NCBI GenBank assembly: GCA_963709345.1
Contig: CAVPVX010000011.1
Coordinates: 256,001 to 320,000, forward strand
Direction of reading: 5' to 3'
Source of the DNA: an uncultured Actinomycetes bacterium
Lineage (GTDB): Bacteria; Actinomycetota; Thermoleophilia; UBA2241
Length of the DNA: 64,000 bases
Below, in pieces: positions 9,501 through 18,301 of the stretch (position 1 is its first letter; every line of letters begins with the position of its first letter). A model generated the notes under the pieces. It saw only the letters and a list, made by a program, of their open reading frames with translations. It was not told the origin of the DNA and ran no database searches. The position numbers and the translations under genes are program-made.

Positions 9501-10410
9501 TGAGGTCGCGGACATCGTCTTCCGCGTCGCGCAGGTACGCCTGCACCACGATCCCGGCCTCGTCGTAGGTGGCGAACTCGTCCTCCTCCAGCAGTTCCTT
9601 GAACACGCTGAACGTGAGATCGCGATACCGGAACTGCTCGAGGTCGATGTTGACGAAGGCCCCGGTGTCCCGTGCCTTCCGGAAGATCGGACGCAGGCGG
9701 TCCTTCACGGCCTCGACGGACCCGCGGGAGCTCAGCGGGTCGATCTGGGAGAACAGCGACGTGATCTTGATCGAGATGTTGACGCGGGGGACGGGACCCC
9801 AGGAGGCATGGTCGAGGACCGGATCGGGGGTCCACGCGCCGACCTCCCGCTGCAGGCCGTCGAGAAGCTCGATGTAGCGCCCCTGGTAGTCGATGGCCTC
9901 ACTCTCGCCGACTGATGCCTCGCCGAGGACGTCGAGTGTGAACCCGAGGCCGCGCTTGCGCAGCGCCCTGAGCTTGGGCAAGGCCGCGGCCGCATCCTTG
10001 CCGAAGATGAAGCGGCCGGCGAAGGAGAGCATCTGGCGGCGGATCACCGCGGTCGCGACCGGCGCCACCACGCGCTTCTTCGAGGCGGAAAGCCCGAGGC
10101 GCACGACGCGCGGCACTTCGAGGCCCGGCTGCTCGAAGTACTCGCGCAGGTGACGATCGATCTCTTCGCTTGTGCGCAGGGTGGGGAACACGTCGACGAA
10201 GCGGAAGAGTTCCACCTTGAGCCGTTCGTCGGCCATGGCCCAGTCCATCATCTCGCCCTGCCAGCGTTCGCTGGACAGCGGTGACAGCTTGTGTTGAGCG
10301 ATCAGGGAGAAGAGCTGCTTCGCTTGAGCCTGCACTGCGGGCTCAAGCTCTGCCGCCCACGACGCTCTCGGGTCGGCGGAAGCCTTCTGGTCCGGTGCGA
10401 CTGTGCCCAT
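6538..10410 (-). CDS. putA: bifunctional proline dehydrogenase / L-glutamate-gamma-semialdehyde dehydrogenase with an extra C-terminal ALDH-like domain
   Basis: VRLVKGAYWDYE, YFVRRLLEN, APWNFP, FTGS, EMGGKN, QGQKCSA, EEIFGP. Confidence 0.95.
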   Translation of the reverse strand: MGTVAPDQKASADPRASWAAELEPAVQAQAKQLFSLIAQHKLSPLSSERWQGEMMDWAMADERLKVELFRFVDVFPTLRTSEEIDRHLREYFEQPGLEVPRVVRLGLSASKKRVVAPVATAVIRRQMLSFAGRFIFGKDAAAALPKLRALRKRGLGFTLDVLGEASVGESEAIDYQGRYIELLDGLQREVGAWTPDPVLDHASWGPVPRVNISIKITSLFSQIDPLSSRGSVEAVKDRLRPIFRKARDTGAFVNIDLEQFRYRDLTFSVFKELLEEDEFATYDEAGIVVQAYLRDAEDDVRDLIAWAKEHKRVITVRLVKGAYWDYETVQAAQEGWPAPVFTHKPDSDVMYERITRIMLEHPEQIRSAFASHNVRSLACAIATAEALGLPKDAYELQMLHGMGEPIKAAIRRLGLRLREYAPVGELIPGMAYFVRRLLENTANESFLRRTFAEGEDQARLTRAPHPSPDVSRAPQRVPLWVPTDAAFPGPFVNHPHADFARPENRVAFTEALERVKSGEAAAGLGKHWPLWIGGEAVKTKERITSVNPCRPEEEVGTVAYGGPDEAEKAVEAAKAAFGSWSTTPPVERAGVLFRAAELMRRELFELAALQVYEAGKAWREADADVGEAIDFLEYYGREILRLQADGELISVDDDDEDRMRPLGVALVVAPWNFPLAILTGMTSAALVTGNAVIVKPAGPTPVIGAQLARLLHEAGAPAGTINFLPSPGSTVGARLVRHPDVEVIAFTGSKEVGLRIIEEAASHPTHTGLKHVIAEMGGKNALIVDADADLDVAVLEGIVSAFHYQGQKCSAASRIVVLESAYDEFLARFVEAARSVVIGPPEDPASRMGPVITAEAKKTIEGYIEQGKKEGRPVLVTEPPAGEWPGDGYYVGPHIFADVAPDAVIAQEEIFGPVVAVIKAKDLDEALAIANGTQYALTGGLISRSPAAIARVRREFLVGNLYINRGTTGALVERQAFGGFKMSGIGSKAGGPDYLAQFMGCGRPTQESRIAAAGGVGAGAADASTLEPPDPDAEGVVARAAAMTGALKGLAAPDRAKSVARAAQLVRRHSRELQARLLADAAANDDEAVRWAAVEVKSAADSLERIAALIPETDEIRRMGHQPGELNHYFYQPRGLALILGSSRQPLTSLCTMAGAALAAGDPVILKPGSRASASGAYMARLFVWAGFPADAVGLLQLPGGTHGAWLVAHRHVDLVALTGSFATAAAVAAVAGRRGSGDRVKRVVADVDRSTTRRPEASYLVQYLEPRVVTENTLRRGFVPPEEFLEVTR

Positions 10411-10574
10411 CGTGCGCCTCCCGTCGACTGCATCAGGTATCCTCCCCCGGATTTGCCGGGAGGGTGTCGATGTAGCGTGGTCCGCGGCGGCGGCCGTGAC
10501 AACGGAGTCTATCCCCAGGTAGTACCTGCGGTCACGGCTGTGGACTCAAGCATGCGTGGTCTCGATACGGCGAG

Positions 10575-10594
10575 GCGGGTCGTGAGGCCCGCCG
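10575..10594 (-). terminator. possible hairpin terminator downstream of the 10617-12458 gene
   Basis: ggcgggtc-gtga-ggcccgcc. Confidence 0.35.
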
Positions 10595-10616
10595 CCCCTT
10601 TCGCATGCCTTGTCCG

Positions 10617-12458
10617 TCAGCCGCGGCGGATCTTGATGCGCACGGTCCCCGTAGGCGACGCGCCCTCGGAGTGGTCGCCGTGCTTGGGCAGGATCACACG
10701 CACCTTGTAGGTGGCCGTGCGGTAGGGCAGCCTCCAGCCGACGCGGTAGTGCGAGCGCCTGTCGAGCCGGCCAGCCGCGACCGTGCGCCAGCTCGAACCG
10801 ACGGCCTTCTGGACGAGGATCTTCTTCCCCGCGTGGTTGGGCGCGACTGAACCGCTGAAGATCTCGGTGAGCCTGGTGCCCGAGACGCTGTGCGCCAGCT
10901 TGAGTGTCACACGCGGCATCACGAGGATCTCGACCGATACGTTGGTGGCATCGGTCGCCACCGCGCTCCAGGCGGCATTGGACCCGGGCGTGATGGTCGT
11001 GCTGTAGAAGCCCTGGCCGTCGGTGGTCGCCGCCCCCCGGTCTCGGCTGACGTCTCCGCGAGTCTCGAACAGGGTGACGGTGCTGCCCGCCGCGACCGGC
11101 TCGCCGCTGTCCGTGAGGTAGCCGGAGACGATGACGGACTTGCCGTACTCCACGAGCGCGGATTGCGGGCGGAAGGTGACGGCTTTGCCGGTTTCGGCGT
11201 AGCGCAGCAGCGCCGCGCCTCCGCCGGCGCCGAGGACGTAGGCCCCACCGCCGCCGTCCGGGGCCGCGGCTGAGAAGGACTCCGGCGCCGGCGTGAGCTC
11301 GTCGTTCTGCCAACGGCCTAAGGCCGTGAGCTGCGCGACACCGGGGACCGTGGCCGACGCAGCGTCGCTGTACGCGACCGCGAGGTCGCCGGCGCGATTC
11401 GCCGCGACCGCGTCGACCTGTGACTCGCTGATGCCGGGGACCTGAAGGACGCTGCCGGGAGCGTCGATCTCGCGCCCCCCGGCGTCCAGGTGCCGCGCGA
11501 CGATACCGCTCGCGGACGGCCCGACCAGATAGCAGCCGGAGAAGCCGTCAGCGGCCAGTCTCACGGCGCCGGCCGCCATCGTGACCGCCGCCGGCCGCAG
11601 CAGAAGGCGCGCCCCAGTGGCGGAGAATCGCTGCATCTTGACCTTCGCGCCTTCGCGCCAGGCGACGGTCGCTGCGGAGACCGCGGTGACCCCGATGGGC
11701 ACCTTGACCGCTGCCGTCTCGCCGAGAAGAGGGTTGTACGGCGAGACCGCGGAGGGCCAGACAGGGGTGACGTTCGTGTCGTAGCGCTGCACCTTGATCG
11801 ACGTGCGTCCCTGGTCGACGAGCAGGACGAACGCGTGGTGGTCGGCGTCGACCCCGAGGGCCTCCACCGTTCCGCCGGGGACCTCCAGGCCGGGGTCTGT
11901 TTCGCCGAGCGTGCCGGTGGGCGACACGTGGTTCAGCAGGGTGTCGCCGGAGCTCTCGGTGGGCGAGGCCGTGCACCACACCCAGACACCGCCGGCGCCG
12001 TCCGCCGCGGCGCCGGTGAGGGCCACTGTGGAGCCGGAGCCGCGTGCCGTCACGACGGCGGCATCCGTACACACGACCACGGGACCATACGTCGCGGAGC
12101 CGGTGCTCAGGTCGACGCGCTTGGCGTGGACTGCGCCGCCGGCCTTCCAGACCACCGTGACGTTCTGCGAGCCGTCGCCGGTCACGTACCAGTCCGTCAG
12201 ACCGGCGACGGCCGGAACGACGGTGCGGGTCGCTACGGCGGCGCCCCCCTCGCGCGGGTGCTGCGCAGCCTGGAGCGAGGTCGTCCCGCCGTCTCCGGCG
12301 ACCTCCCAGGCCACGATGGGCCCGCGTGTGCCCGTTGCCAGCTGCGCGTCGCCGGCTACGTCCTGCGACCACATCGGGTCGAACGCGAGCGCCGGTGCGG
12401 CTGCGCAGGCCAGCGTGAGGATGACGAACACCGTGATCGCGAGCGATCGCCGGCACAT
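10617..12458 (-). CDS. secreted protein with beta-propeller-like repeats and C-terminal Ig-like beta-sandwich domains
   Basis: Signal peptide MCRRSLAITVFVILTLACAAAPALA; recurring D-G-x-GG-hydrophobic-W/Y blade motifs; TTDGQGFYS motif. Confidence 0.75.
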   Translation of the reverse strand: MCRRSLAITVFVILTLACAAAPALAFDPMWSQDVAGDAQLATGTRGPIVAWEVAGDGGTTSLQAAQHPREGGAAVATRTVVPAVAGLTDWYVTGDGSQNVTVVWKAGGAVHAKRVDLSTGSATYGPVVVCTDAAVVTARGSGSTVALTGAAADGAGGVWVWCTASPTESSGDTLLNHVSPTGTLGETDPGLEVPGGTVEALGVDADHHAFVLLVDQGRTSIKVQRYDTNVTPVWPSAVSPYNPLLGETAAVKVPIGVTAVSAATVAWREGAKVKMQRFSATGARLLLRPAAVTMAAGAVRLAADGFSGCYLVGPSASGIVARHLDAGGREIDAPGSVLQVPGISESQVDAVAANRAGDLAVAYSDAASATVPGVAQLTALGRWQNDELTPAPESFSAAAPDGGGGAYVLGAGGGAALLRYAETGKAVTFRPQSALVEYGKSVIVSGYLTDSGEPVAAGSTVTLFETRGDVSRDRGAATTDGQGFYSTTITPGSNAAWSAVATDATNVSVEILVMPRVTLKLAHSVSGTRLTEIFSGSVAPNHAGKKILVQKAVGSSWRTVAAGRLDRRSHYRVGWRLPYRTATYKVRVILPKHGDHSEGASPTGTVRIKIRRG

Positions 12459-12544
12459 GATGTACCCCCTGAGCTGAGCCCGACGGACATGCCGATGGTA
12501 CCAGAGTCGCCGTCCTGATCACGGCCGTTCGAACCTCCCGGTGC

Positions 12545-12574
12545 TTGCGCCTGCCCGCGCGCCTGACGTACACT
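12545..12574 (+). promoter_or_regulatory. putative leu operon promoter (TTGCGC-18-TACACT)
   Basis: -10 ends 10 nt before the leader ATG at 12584. Confidence 0.5.
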
Positions 12575-12583
12575 CCTCAGGCC

Positions 12584-12697
12584 ATGCGTCGACATGCGAC
12601 AAGTGAGTCCGGCCGGGAGGCCCACATTGGGGTACGCGCCCGCGACCTCTCCCTCTTCGGCTGCCTGCTCCTCCTCCCCCCGCGGGGGGATGCGTAG
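12584..12697 (+). CDS. leucine-rich leader peptide (leuA attenuator, LEU-element-like)
   Basis: MRRHATSESGREAHIGVRARDLSLFGCLLLLPPRGDA*; CTC-rich codons are complementary to GGGAGG at 12773-12778. Confidence 0.7.
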   Translation: MRRHATSESGREAHIGVRARDLSLFGCLLLLPPRGDA

Positions 12698-12790
12698 ACA
12701 CCTGCGGCCTGCACGGCCATCTCTTGGATCACATCCGGATCCGCTGTTCCATCTGACGACGACGCGTGCCTTGGGAGGTGTAGGTGACTC

Positions 12791-14326
12791 GTGAGCACTG
12801 ACAGGTACATCAAGATCTTCGACACGACGCTGCGCGACGGCGAACAGGCGCCGGGCGCTACCTTGAACAGGGCCGAGAAGCTCGAGATAGCCCACCAGCT
12901 CGCCAAGCTGCGGGTGGACATCATCGAGGCCGGCTTCCCGATCGCCTCGCCCGACGACTTCGAGGCCGTCAAGGCGATCGCCACCGAGGTGCAGGGCCCG
13001 CGGGTCGCAGGCCTCGCGCGGGCCATCGAGCAAGACATCACGACCGCCTGGGACGCGGTGAAGGTGGCCGAGAGGCCACGAATCCACACCTTCATCAGCA
13101 CCAGCGCGGTACACATGAAGCACCAGATCAGGAAGACGCCGGAGCAGGTGCTCGCCGACACGCGCGCCATGGTGGGTTTGGCGCGCGACCTCGCGAGCAC
13201 CCACGCCGGCGCCGACGTCGAGTTCAGCGCCATGGACGCGAGTCGCTCCGAGCCCGCCTTCCTCGCCGAGGTGCTGGGCGTGGCCGTCGAGTGCGGCGCC
13301 ACGACCATCAACGTTCCGGACACGGTGGGCTACGCGCTGCCGATCGAGTTCGGCGAGTTCATCCTGCGGCTCTACGAGCTGTGTCCCTCACTGAGCGACG
13401 TCGACGTGAGCGTCCATTGCCACAACGACCTCGGGCTGGCCACCGCCAACTCCCTCGCCGCCGTGCGCGCCGGCGCGACGCAGGTGGAGTGCGCCGTCAA
13501 CGGCATCGGCGAGCGGGCCGGCAACGCCTCGCTCGAGGAGGTCGTGATGGCGATCCGTACGCGCCGCGACTCCTTTGTCTGCGAGACCGGCGTGGACACC
13601 ACTGAGATCGCCCGCACCAGCCGGCTGGTGAGCTCGCTCACCGGCTACCAGATCCAGCGCAACAAGGCGATCGTGGGGCGCAACGCGTTCGCCCACGAGA
13701 GCGGCATCCACCAGGCGGGCGTGCTCAGCGAGGCGTCCACCTTCGAGATCATGACGCCCGCCGACGTCGGTCTCACCGACAACGACATCGTGCTCGGCAA
13801 GCACTCCGGCCGGCACGCGCTGCGCGCCAAGCTGGCCGAGCTCGGCTACACGCTCTCGGACGCCGAGCTCAAGCTCGCCTTCGCGCGCTTCAAGGAGATC
13901 GCCGACAAGAAGAAGCAGGTCACCCTGCTCGACCTGGAGGCGCTCGTGAGCGAAGAGATCCGCGAGCGCGAGGATCAGTTCACCCTCCGCAGCTTCGTCA
14001 ACCAGTCGGGATCGTCGATCATCCCGACCAGCCAGGTCGAGGTCGAGGCGCGCGGCGAGGTCAAGAAGGGCCGCAGCTTCAGCAACGGCTCGGTCGAGAG
14101 CGTGTTTGCCGCCATCGACGACGCGGTCGGCATCAGCGGCAGTCTCGCGGACTATCAGGTACACGCGATCTCATCCGGGAAGGATTCGCTCGCCGAGGTG
14201 CGCGTCGCGGTGGAGGTCAACGGCCGTTCGTTCAACGGTCAGGCGGTCAGTTTCGATGTGATGGAAGCCTCGGCGAAGGCCTATGTGAGGGCCGTCAACA
14301 ACGCCGCGGCCGCAGGGGAGGTCTAG
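12791..14326 (+). CDS. leuA: 2-isopropylmalate synthase
   Basis: IFDTTLRDGEQAPG, PDTVGY, HCHNDLG, GERAGNA, HESGIHQ, regulatory C-terminal domain. Confidence 0.95.
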   Translation: MSTDRYIKIFDTTLRDGEQAPGATLNRAEKLEIAHQLAKLRVDIIEAGFPIASPDDFEAVKAIATEVQGPRVAGLARAIEQDITTAWDAVKVAERPRIHTFISTSAVHMKHQIRKTPEQVLADTRAMVGLARDLASTHAGADVEFSAMDASRSEPAFLAEVLGVAVECGATTINVPDTVGYALPIEFGEFILRLYELCPSLSDVDVSVHCHNDLGLATANSLAAVRAGATQVECAVNGIGERAGNASLEEVVMAIRTRRDSFVCETGVDTTEIARTSRLVSSLTGYQIQRNKAIVGRNAFAHESGIHQAGVLSEASTFEIMTPADVGLTDNDIVLGKHSGRHALRAKLAELGYTLSDAELKLAFARFKEIADKKKQVTLLDLEALVSEEIREREDQFTLRSFVNQSGSSIIPTSQVEVEARGEVKKGRSFSNGSVESVFAAIDDAVGISGSLADYQVHAISSGKDSLAEVRVAVEVNGRSFNGQAVSFDVMEASAKAYVRAVNNAAAAGEV

Positions 14327-15625
14327 ATGGGTTCAACGATCACTGAGAAGATCCTCGCCCGCGCCGCGGGCGCGGGCGAGGTCCATGCCGGCGATATCAT
14401 CGAGGCGAAGGTCGACCTCGCGCTGGCCAACGACATCACCGCGCCGCTGGCGATCGCGGAGTTCGAGAAGGCCGGGTTCACCAAGGTCTGGGATCCGGCC
14501 CGCATCGCGCTCGTGCCCGACCACTTCACGCCCAACAAAGACATCAAGGCGGCGGCCCAGAGCAAGCTGATGCGCGAGTTCGCGCGCAGGCACGAGATCG
14601 TCAACTACTTCGAGGTCGGGCGCGTAGGCATCGAGCACGTGCTGCTCCCCGACACCGGCATGGTGGCGCCGGGCGACGTCGTCATCGGCGCCGACAGCCA
14701 CACCTGCACCTACGGCGCCGTGGCCGCCTTCAGCACCGGCATGGGCAGCACCGACTTCGCCGCCGCCATGGCCTGGGGCCACACGTGGCTGCGCGTGCCC
14801 CAGAGCATCAAGTTCGTCTACTCGGGCCGCCCGCAGCCGTGGGTCACGGGCAAGGACCTGATCCTGCACACCATCGGCCTGATCGGCGTCGACGGGGCGC
14901 TCTACCAGGCGATGGAGTTCACCGGCGAGGCCATCGAGGCGCTCTCCATGGACGAACGCTTCACGATGTGCAACATGGCGATCGAGGCCGGCGGCAAGAA
15001 CGGCATCGTCGGCTTCGACGAGAAGACGACGCGGTACCTGCAGTCCCGGCCGGAAGGCAGCCGCGCACGGACCGCCGGCACGGTGTTCGCCAGCGACGCC
15101 GACGCCGACTACGCGCGCGTGCTCGAGATCGACGCCTCCGTCGTGCCGCTCACCGTGAGCAAGCCGCACCTGCCGAGCAACGCCGCGGCTGCGGCCGACC
15201 TGGCGGGCATCGCCATCGACCAGGTGGTGATCGGCAGCTGCACCAACGGCCGCCTCGAGGACCTGCGTCAGGCCGCCTCCATCCTGCGCGGCAAGAAGGT
15301 GCACCCGGGCGTACGCTGCATCATCCTGCCGGGCACGCAGCAGGTGAGCCTGGACGCGATCGCCGACGGCACCATGCAGACCCTCATCGAGGCCGGCTGC
15401 GCCTTCAGCACGCCCACCTGCGGCGCCTGCCTCGGCGGTCACATGGGCGTCCTCGCCGACGGCGAGCGCGCCGTCGCCACCACGAACCGCAACTTCGTCG
15501 GCCGCATGGGCCACCCGGGCGCCGAGGTCTACCTCGCGAGCCCGTACGTGGCCGCCGCCTCGGCGCTGGCCGGCCATGTCGCCACGCCCGAAGAAGTCGG
15601 CGCGGAGCAGGGAGGGTCGCGATGA
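14327..15625 (+). CDS. leuC: 3-isopropylmalate dehydratase large subunit
   Basis: [34 protein letters not shown]. Confidence 0.95.
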   Translation: MGSTITEKILARAAGAGEVHAGDIIEAKVDLALANDITAPLAIAEFEKAGFTKVWDPARIALVPDHFTPNKDIKAAAQSKLMREFARRHEIVNYFEVGRVGIEHVLLPDTGMVAPGDVVIGADSHTCTYGAVAAFSTGMGSTDFAAAMAWGHTWLRVPQSIKFVYSGRPQPWVTGKDLILHTIGLIGVDGALYQAMEFTGEAIEALSMDERFTMCNMAIEAGGKNGIVGFDEKTTRYLQSRPEGSRARTAGTVFASDADADYARVLEIDASVVPLTVSKPHLPSNAAAAADLAGIAIDQVVIGSCTNGRLEDLRQAASILRGKKVHPGVRCIILPGTQQVSLDAIADGTMQTLIEAGCAFSTPTCGACLGGHMGVLADGERAVATTNRNFVGRMGHPGAEVYLASPYVAAASALAGHVATPEEVGAEQGGSR

Positions 15626-16125
15626 TCTTCGAGGGCGCCGTCCACAAGTACGGCCGCGACGTCGACACCGACGTCATCATCCCGGCCCGCTACCTCAACA
15701 CCAGCGACCCGGACGAGCTCGCGACGCACGCCATGGAGGACATCGACGCCGGCTTCGTCAGCCGGGTGCAGCCCGGCGACATCATCGTCGCCACCGAGAA
15801 CTTCGGCTGCGGCAGCTCGCGCGAGCACGCGCCGGTGGCCATCAGGTACTCAGGCGTCAGTTGCGTCGTCGCCTCGTCGTTCGCGCGCATCTTCTACCGC
15901 AACGCCATCAACACCGGCCTGCCGATCGTAGTCTGCCCCACGGCCGCCGAGGAGGCCCGCATGGGCGACCGCCTCAAGGTCGACCTCGCCGCCGGCACCG
16001 TCGAGAACCTCACGCAGGGCACGAAGTACGACGCCGAGGCGTTCCCGCCGTTCATGCAGGAGCTCATCGACCGTGGCGGCCTGCTCGAGTACGTGAAATC
16101 GCGCGTGGGCGGAGAGGGCGCGTAA
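15622..16125 (+). CDS. leuD: 3-isopropylmalate dehydratase small subunit
   Basis: [36 protein letters not shown]; ATGA overlap with leuC. Confidence 0.95.
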   Translation: MIFEGAVHKYGRDVDTDVIIPARYLNTSDPDELATHAMEDIDAGFVSRVQPGDIIVATENFGCGSSREHAPVAIRYSGVSCVVASSFARIFYRNAINTGLPIVVCPTAAEEARMGDRLKVDLAAGTVENLTQGTKYDAEAFPPFMQELIDRGGLLEYVKSRVGGEGA

Positions 16126-16169
16126 GCGCCGCCGCCATGCCTGAACGTCCAGTATCGGAGAGAAGGACC

Positions 16170-17252
16170 ATGGGGAAGACGTACAAGATCGCAGTCATGC
16201 CGGGCGACGGCACCGGGCCCGAGGTCGTGGCCGAGGGCCTCAAGGCCCTGGAGGCCGCTGCCGCGAAGCACGACTTCAAGCTCGACCTCACGCACTACGA
16301 CTTCGGCGGCGAGCGCTACCTGCGCACCGGCGAGATCCTGCCGGCGTCGGCCGTCGGCGAGCTCAAGGGATCCGACTCGATCTACCTCGGCGCCGTAGGG
16401 CACCCGGACGTCGAGCCCGGCATCCTGGAGAAGGGCCTCCTCCTGCGCCTGCGCTTCGAGTTGGACCAGTACATCAACCTGCGTCCCGTGCGTCTCTACC
16501 CGGGCGTCGAGACTCCGCTGAAGGACAAGGGCCCGAAGGACATCGACTACACCGTGGTCCGGGAGAACTCCGGCGACATGTACGCGGGCGGCGGCGGCAT
16601 CATGATGAAGGACACGCCGCACGAGGTCGCCGTGCAGAACATGCTGTACAGCCGCGCCCAGGTCGACCGCTGTCTGCGCTGGGCGTTCGAGTACACACGC
16701 AAGCATGGCAAGAAGTCACGCGGCATCGGCCCGGACAACACTCTCGGACTGGTGGGCAAGACCAACGTCCTCACGTTCGTCTACGACCTCTGGAACCGCC
16801 GCTTCAACGAGATCGGCGAAGAGGAGTACCCGGACGTCAAGCGCGAGTACTACCACGTGGACGCCACCTGCATGTGGATGGTCAAGAGCCCGGAGTGGTT
16901 CGACGTCCTCGTGACCGGCAACATGTTCGGCGACATCATCACCGACCTGGGCGCGATCACCCAGGGTGGCATGGGCGTCGCGGCCGGTGGCAACATCAAC
17001 CCCGAGGGCGTCAGCATGTTCGAGCCCATCGGCGGTTCGGCGCCCAAGTACACCGGTCTGGGTGTGATCAACCCCGTCGCGGCCATCGTGGCCGGCTCCA
17101 TGATGCTCGACACCCTGGGCGAGAGCCAGGCGGCGCAGGATGTGGAGCGCGCCGTGACCGAGGTCACCGGCACGAAGATGAAGGGCATGGCCTCCGGCCA
17201 GATGGGCTACTCGACGAGCGAGGTCGGCGACCTCGTGGCCGAGCGCGTCTGA
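16170..17252 (+). CDS. leuB: 3-isopropylmalate dehydrogenase
   Basis: PGDGTGPEV, LRLRFELDQYINLRP, VREN, NMFGDIITD, MFEPIGGSAP. Confidence 0.93.
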   Translation: MGKTYKIAVMPGDGTGPEVVAEGLKALEAAAAKHDFKLDLTHYDFGGERYLRTGEILPASAVGELKGSDSIYLGAVGHPDVEPGILEKGLLLRLRFELDQYINLRPVRLYPGVETPLKDKGPKDIDYTVVRENSGDMYAGGGGIMMKDTPHEVAVQNMLYSRAQVDRCLRWAFEYTRKHGKKSRGIGPDNTLGLVGKTNVLTFVYDLWNRRFNEIGEEEYPDVKREYYHVDATCMWMVKSPEWFDVLVTGNMFGDIITDLGAITQGGMGVAAGGNINPEGVSMFEPIGGSAPKYTGLGVINPVAAIVAGSMMLDTLGESQAAQDVERAVTEVTGTKMKGMASGQMGYSTSEVGDLVAERV

Positions 17253-17336
17253 GCCAGTACGGGAGGCTGCCTTAACCCTTAGGTCGAGGTTGAAGGTATC
17301 GCGCGGAGTCCGCGCAGAAGGAACAGGAGGAAGACG

Positions 17337-18260
17337 ATGGCCTCGATCCCGGAGGTTGACACGATCTGGATGGACGGCGAGCTCGTGCCATGGGCGGACG
17401 CCAAGGTCCACGTGCTCTCGCACGCCCTGCACTACGGCTCCGGCGTCTTCGAGGGCATCCGCGCCTACCACACGCCGAAGGGGCCGGCCGTCTTCCGCCT
17501 CGAGGAGCACCTCAAGCGTCTCGTCCGCTCCGCCAAGCTCTACTACATGCCGGTGCCGTACAGCCTCGAGCGGCTCTACGACGCGACCTTCGCGGTGATC
17601 GAGGGCAACGGGCTCGAGCACTGCTACATCCGCCCGATCATCTTTCGTGGGTACGGCGAGATGGGTCTCTTCCCTCTCAACGCCCCGGTCGAGGTGGTCA
17701 TCGCCGCCTGGCCGTGGGGAGCCTACCTCGGCGAAGAGGGCATCGAGCGGGGCATCCGCGCCAAGATCTCGAGCATCCAGTCGCTCGACCACACGGCCCT
17801 GGCCCGCGCCGCCAAGGCAACGGGCCAGTACCTGAACAGCATCCTCGCCAAGGTCGAGGTCACCAACGCCGGCTACGACGAGGCGATCATGCTGACGGGC
17901 CACGGCCACGTCGCCGAGGGTTCGGGCGAGAACATCTTCGTGGTGCGCAACGGCGTGCTCATGACGCCGCCGCCGAGCGACGGCGTGCTCGAGGGCATCA
18001 CGCGTGACTCCGTCATGCAGATCGCGCGCGCCGAGGGTATCGAGGTGCAGGAGCGCACGCTGGCGCGCAGCGACCTGGTGATAGCCGACGAGCTCTTCTT
18101 CACCGGCACCGCCGCGGAGATCGTCCCGATCCGCGAGGTCGACGACCAGTTCGTCGGCGAACCCGGCCCCATCACGCGGCGTGTGCAGGAGCGCTTCCGC
18201 GCCATCGTCGAGGGCAGGGACGAGGAGTTCGGCCACTACATGGAGTACGCGAGGGACTGA
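17337..18260 (+). CDS. ilvE: branched-chain amino acid aminotransferase
   Basis: HALHYGSGVFEGIRAY, AKATGQYLNS, EGSGENIF, LEGITR, FTGTAAE. Confidence 0.95.
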   Translation: MASIPEVDTIWMDGELVPWADAKVHVLSHALHYGSGVFEGIRAYHTPKGPAVFRLEEHLKRLVRSAKLYYMPVPYSLERLYDATFAVIEGNGLEHCYIRPIIFRGYGEMGLFPLNAPVEVVIAAWPWGAYLGEEGIERGIRAKISSIQSLDHTALARAAKATGQYLNSILAKVEVTNAGYDEAIMLTGHGHVAEGSGENIFVVRNGVLMTPPPSDGVLEGITRDSVMQIARAEGIEVQERTLARSDLVIADELFFTGTAAEIVPIREVDDQFVGEPGPITRRVQERFRAIVEGRDEEFGHYMEYARD

Positions 18261-18301
18261 CGATCGGCCGGCGTCCGGGCGCCGGCCGCGGGGAGGACCC
18301 G

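Noticed and set aside
10411-10510. Hairpin with GGCAAA in the putA leader as possible c-di-GMP riboswitch
   Set aside because: Only one stem (cctcccgg/ccgggggagg); the second hairpin and conserved motif context are not evident
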